This document shows positions 63,228 through 64,000 of a stretch of 64,000 nucleotides of DNA, piece by piece. The translations under genes were made by a program, and so were the position numbers. Source of the stretch: Rhizaria sp. SCN 62-66 (Eukaryota); contig MEDY01000127.1 in the NCBI GenBank assembly GCA_001724265.1, positions 1-64,000 of the forward strand, given 5' to 3'. Within the stretch, counting starts at the first letter, position 1. Every line of letters starts with the position of its first letter. The notes below the pieces were generated by a model that searched no databases, was not told where the DNA came from, and saw only the letters and a program-made list of their open reading frames with translations.

Positions 63228-64000
63228 ACGCATCTATAGTCAAACGATACTCTGTGATTGCAATCACGCAGGCCAGAGATGATGTCGTATCTGCACTGTG
63301 TTAGTGCTTTGCGGACACCCGCTGTTATAATTAGCTAGTTTTTGTTCTAAAATACAACTCTCTGTCTGCTTTTGCAGATGCCTTTATGCACGCATTTTGT
63401 CAGTGTCTTCTGGTGGTAGCAGAATCATACACTGTTCTCAGAGCCTCGTGCATTCTCAGCAGAACTCTTTTGCAGGTACGTTCTCGAATTGCCACGAGGA
63501 ACACTTTGCGTTGTAAGAAGAGCACATTGCTGTATTACAACAGTGACATAGGAGACATGAATAGAAAAAGAGTATAGTACTCAGCATCTAGGATCTGATA
63601 TAGACACAAGTCGCAATATCGTGTGCAATTTGTCTGGTCATTTAGTACTCACAATCACAACATGCCACCTCATAGTTCGACTCTGACAGCAAGAAAGAGC
63701 ATCATGTAGAAAGCTGTTGCATGATCAGAACCGAAACATCTCAAAGGGGACTCACATATATCACCAATCTCATCACTATCACATAACGTATAAACGAGGA
63801 CAAACAAAGTGGCATAATAATAAAAAAAAGCAGAGGATGCATCAGCATAGACGAAACACATAGTCGTGCTTCATACATGTACACTGAAATTAGTTTACAA
63901 AAATAAACAATGATTGAGTTAAGAGAAAAAAAATAGCTTCACTGACTTCGAGTTGGACTCTTCAGGATCGTCGTCTCTCATGCTTGTAGATTTCCTTCAG

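Noticed and set aside
63300-64000. Short ORFs and a possible minus-strand gene end (LKEIYKHERRRS-stop) at the window edge
   Set aside because: Too little sequence to support a call.

Overview
Gene-dense window from an intron-containing eukaryotic (protist-like) nuclear genome, with GC-rich exons, short AT-rich intergenic gaps and mostly 118-226 nt introns with a GTACG donor consensus. I can support 15 complete genes plus a partial RPS26: MsrB, a coiled-coil protein, REV3, two giant PH-domain proteins, ORC2, RAD1, a TMX-type thioredoxin, HUS1, an ABC1/ADCK2 kinase, a U2AF65-like protein, a centrin and three unknowns. The main discovery is an apparent non-standard nuclear genetic code. Five genes (including REV3, ORC2 and the ABC1 kinase) are interrupted by 12 in-frame stops. 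All 12 are TAG and none shifts the frame, while the 15 gene ends use only TAA (9) or TGA (6). Context (for example CAG CAG CAG TAG CAG CAG) points to UAG=Gln. Secondary findings: a ~1.06 kb intron with a long fold-back structure that splits the last codon of a small mitochondrial-type protein without changing it, a probable non-AUG mitochondrial presequence on MsrB, physical linkage of RAD1/HUS1/ORC2/REV3 with a shared TCCCGCC motif, and very large low-complexity insertions inside conserved domains. All family assignments are by eye from remembered motifs; no database search was run.
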